Below, piece by piece: positions 61,646-64,000 of a stretch of DNA of 64,000 bases. The stretch lies in contig CAWCAG010000006.1 of the NCBI GenBank assembly GCA_963793425.1, positions 19,199-83,198 on the forward strand. Reading direction: 5' to 3'. A model generated the notes under the pieces. It had not been told where the DNA came from. It was given only the letters and a program-made list of their open reading frames with translations, and did not search any database. This stretch comes from an uncultured cyanobacterium. GTDB taxonomy: Bacteria; Cyanobacteriota; Cyanobacteriia; Cyanobacteriales; CAWCAG01. The position numbers and the translations under genes are program-made. Every line of letters starts with the position of its first letter. Positions within the stretch are counted from its first letter, which is position 1.

Positions 61646-62266
61646 CTAGGCCGTTTGTTGGAGTAATACCTTCACCTCACAGTTAATGTGTGAGACTAAC
61701 TCCTGCCAGCGTTTAGAAATAGTACCTTGGCTTGTACCTAACGCAACAGCAAGTTGAGTTTGGTTTTCCCCTCGCATTCTTCCTTGCCACAGTTGGAAAT
61801 ATTGACGCTGAGGATGATACTCATCTAATTGAGCGATCGCTTCTACCAAACAAATAAGCAAATCTTCACGTTCTAAAGTTGCCCACAAATTACCCTTGCT
61901 AGGGATATTATCTAACCAAGAGAACTTTGTACCTGCTAGCTTTTGGTCAAGGCTCAAGTGCCTCTTTCGCTGCTCCCGACGAACTAAATCAATAATTGCA
62001 AACTTAGAAATCTTTGCACTCCAATGGTAAAAACTACCTTTTTCTGGATGAAACTTGTTATCTCTAAGAGCTAAAATTATTTTTTCATGAGCAGTTTGGG
62101 CAGCATCCTCCCAGGGAATAGTAGTACCTCTAGTATTGCAACGAGCAATCCTTTCTACTCTTTGCAGATATCTAGAGTCTTGTAACAAGGCTAGATAATC
62201 TTGGGCATTTGTTCGTTTAGTTTCTCGGTAATCACTACAAAGGGGCAATAAAATGTTCTCACTCAT
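61646..62266 (-). CDS. ECF-type sigma-70 family factor
   Basis: WEDAAQ, F..W...I..FAIIDLVRRE; C-terminal HTH QTQLAVALGTSQGTISKR. Confidence 0.8.
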   Translation of the reverse strand: MSENILLPLCSDYRETKRTNAQDYLALLQDSRYLQRVERIARCNTRGTTIPWEDAAQTAHEKIILALRDNKFHPEKGSFYHWSAKISKFAIIDLVRREQRKRHLSLDQKLAGTKFSWLDNIPSKGNLWATLEREDLLICLVEAIAQLDEYHPQRQYFQLWQGRMRGENQTQLAVALGTSQGTISKRWQELVSHINCEVKVLLQQTA

Positions 62267-62894
62267 AGGTTTAGGAATTAGTTATGTATTTTGTATTCAA
62301 GTCCCTAAAACCCTGGTATTTTCCTGAAGCTGTCTGAAAATGATGTATAAATAGATGCTGGCTTGAATGCTTCAATCCTATGTGTGCTGCTTAAATCCTT
62401 TGATAAATGAGTACCAGTTTGGATATTGTCTCAACTTACTCATACAAATGACTACAAGAATCGCTATTCTTGTGTATTTATATGTGCCAATGTGCTGTTT
62501 TGTCCACTTCTACCTCATTTGATTAGAAGGCTTCCAGAAGCTTTTAGACCAGTTCAAACGACTCGAAGAAGAGCTACGCTTAACAAAGCTTGAAGCTTTG
62601 AGAGCAGAAATCCGTCAAAGTGGGGTAAATCTAGTGATGCGATGTAGGAAGTTGATTAGGGAAGAAATTCTCATCTGCTTTTCCACCCTCCTTGTGGCTC
62701 CCCTGAGCAATTAATGATATTGAAAAGTCTCACTTCAAAGTAGATAGAAACTAAAAGAGTAGAAACTGCGATCGCATCACTGAGGCGATCATTACTTTTA
62801 ACTAGCTGCCAAGAGTAAAGAGACTTCTATTGGCTCTGGTAGTGGCAACTTACCGATGGAAACCTTGATTCCCATTTCCCAAACACTCTTCTAG

Positions 62895-64000
62895 CGGGAC
62901 TTAAACAGAAAAAGAGAATAAAGAAGATATAATAGTTATATGGCATAACTTCAACGTTAGAGTTATCGGTGGTGAATCTTATGAAAGAAACAACCCCAGC
63001 AGCAATGCCTCCATGCTTCAATAGATGGTGCGCTAAGTTTGATAATATATTCAGAACAAAAGCTCAAAAGAGAGAATTTAGAAACTATATAGGAGGATTA
63101 TTAGGCGAAAGTAAGCGTAAAAACCTTACACAGATAGCTAGAGACAGTGTAGGAGTAACATACCACAGATTACACCATTTCTTAACCGAAGCCCCCTGGT
63201 CAGCAGAGCAAATAAATGAGCGTCGTTTGCAAATAATGAACAAATGCAATCAGACGAGTATAAACAGTGGATTCAGTCTGATTGTTGACGATAGTGGACA
63301 CCCGAAGAGCGGCAATTTTACAGCAGGAGTAGGAAGACAGTATATCGGAGAAGAAGGAAAAGTAGATAATGGTAATGTCGTAGTAACAACTCACCTTTAT
63401 GACGGCAAGAAAAGCTGACCTTTAGACATTGAATTATATCAACACGCCAAATCATTACCCCAAGGAAAAAAAGACCCAGAATTCAAAAAGAAACCTCAGT
63501 TAGCTATAGAGCTAATAGATAGAAGTATTGAGAGAGGGTATCGACCCAAAATAGTTCTCATAGATGGAGGATATGGCAACAATACATCATTTTTAGGAGC
63601 ATTAGAACAAAGGAAATTAAACTACTTAGGAGGAGTAGCCAAAAACCGTAAAGTTAGAGTGCTAAAAAGCGATAAAACCACAGAAGAGGTCAGATTAGAT
63701 AATCTAGCGCAATCACTACCAGCAGAGGCTTTTAGGGAAATAACCATCAACACAATTAAGCCAAGAAAAGTGTGGGTAGCAACACAAGTAGTAGAAATAT
63801 CTAGTCTCGAAGGTAGAAAAACAATAGCTATCGTTATGAATGCTTCTACCTTTGAAGATGCCGATGATATTGATTATTTAATCACTAATGTTTCCCCAGA
63901 TTTAGCAACACCACAATGGTTTGTAGATACATACTCAAAAAGAAATTGGGTAGAAGTATTTTATAGAGAAGCTAAGGGATGGCTAGGTTTGAAAGAATAT
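62895..64000 (+). mobile_element. IS701 family element, copy 2 (runs off the window) with the same in-frame TGA
   Basis: Near-identical to 23938-; preceded by CTAG. Confidence 0.92.

Overview
Cyanobacterial DNA (many HIP1 GCGATCGC octamers, heptamer STRR repeats, psbA). 1-23 kb holds cell-surface and signalling genes: an S8/LGFP/SH3/M23 multidomain protein, two UPF0175-DUF3368(PIN) pairs bracketed by REP-like palindromes, and a TpsA/TpsB-CHAT-DUF928-CHAT/CHASE2-DUF1822-sigma cluster. About 23.3-59.1 kb is a mobile-element-rich island carrying a type III-B-variant CRISPR-Cas locus: HD-less Cas10, Cmr3/4/5, a Cmr6-Cmr1 fusion, a CARF-like/HEPN effector, a WYL regulator, RT-Cas1, cas2 and a decayed second cas1. 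No cas6 is visible. The locus has three arrays in two repeat/leader classes plus a mini-array. XisH/XisI and a frameshifted NACHT/STAND gene lie between two arrays. The most unusual signal is a solitary minus-strand repeat at 28874-28910 with two compensatory stem changes, a guide-sized tail and its own terminator, directly downstream of the cas2 operon. Other highlights: a duplicated TATGAG-box promoter shared by the two divergent cas1 genes, two independently acquired spacers against variants of one target, and a 12-nt repeat-end duplication resembling a recaptured crRNA. The window ends with psbA (Glu130 form), a sigma-like gene and a second IS701 copy. Family assignments come from recognising motifs by eye; no database searches were run.
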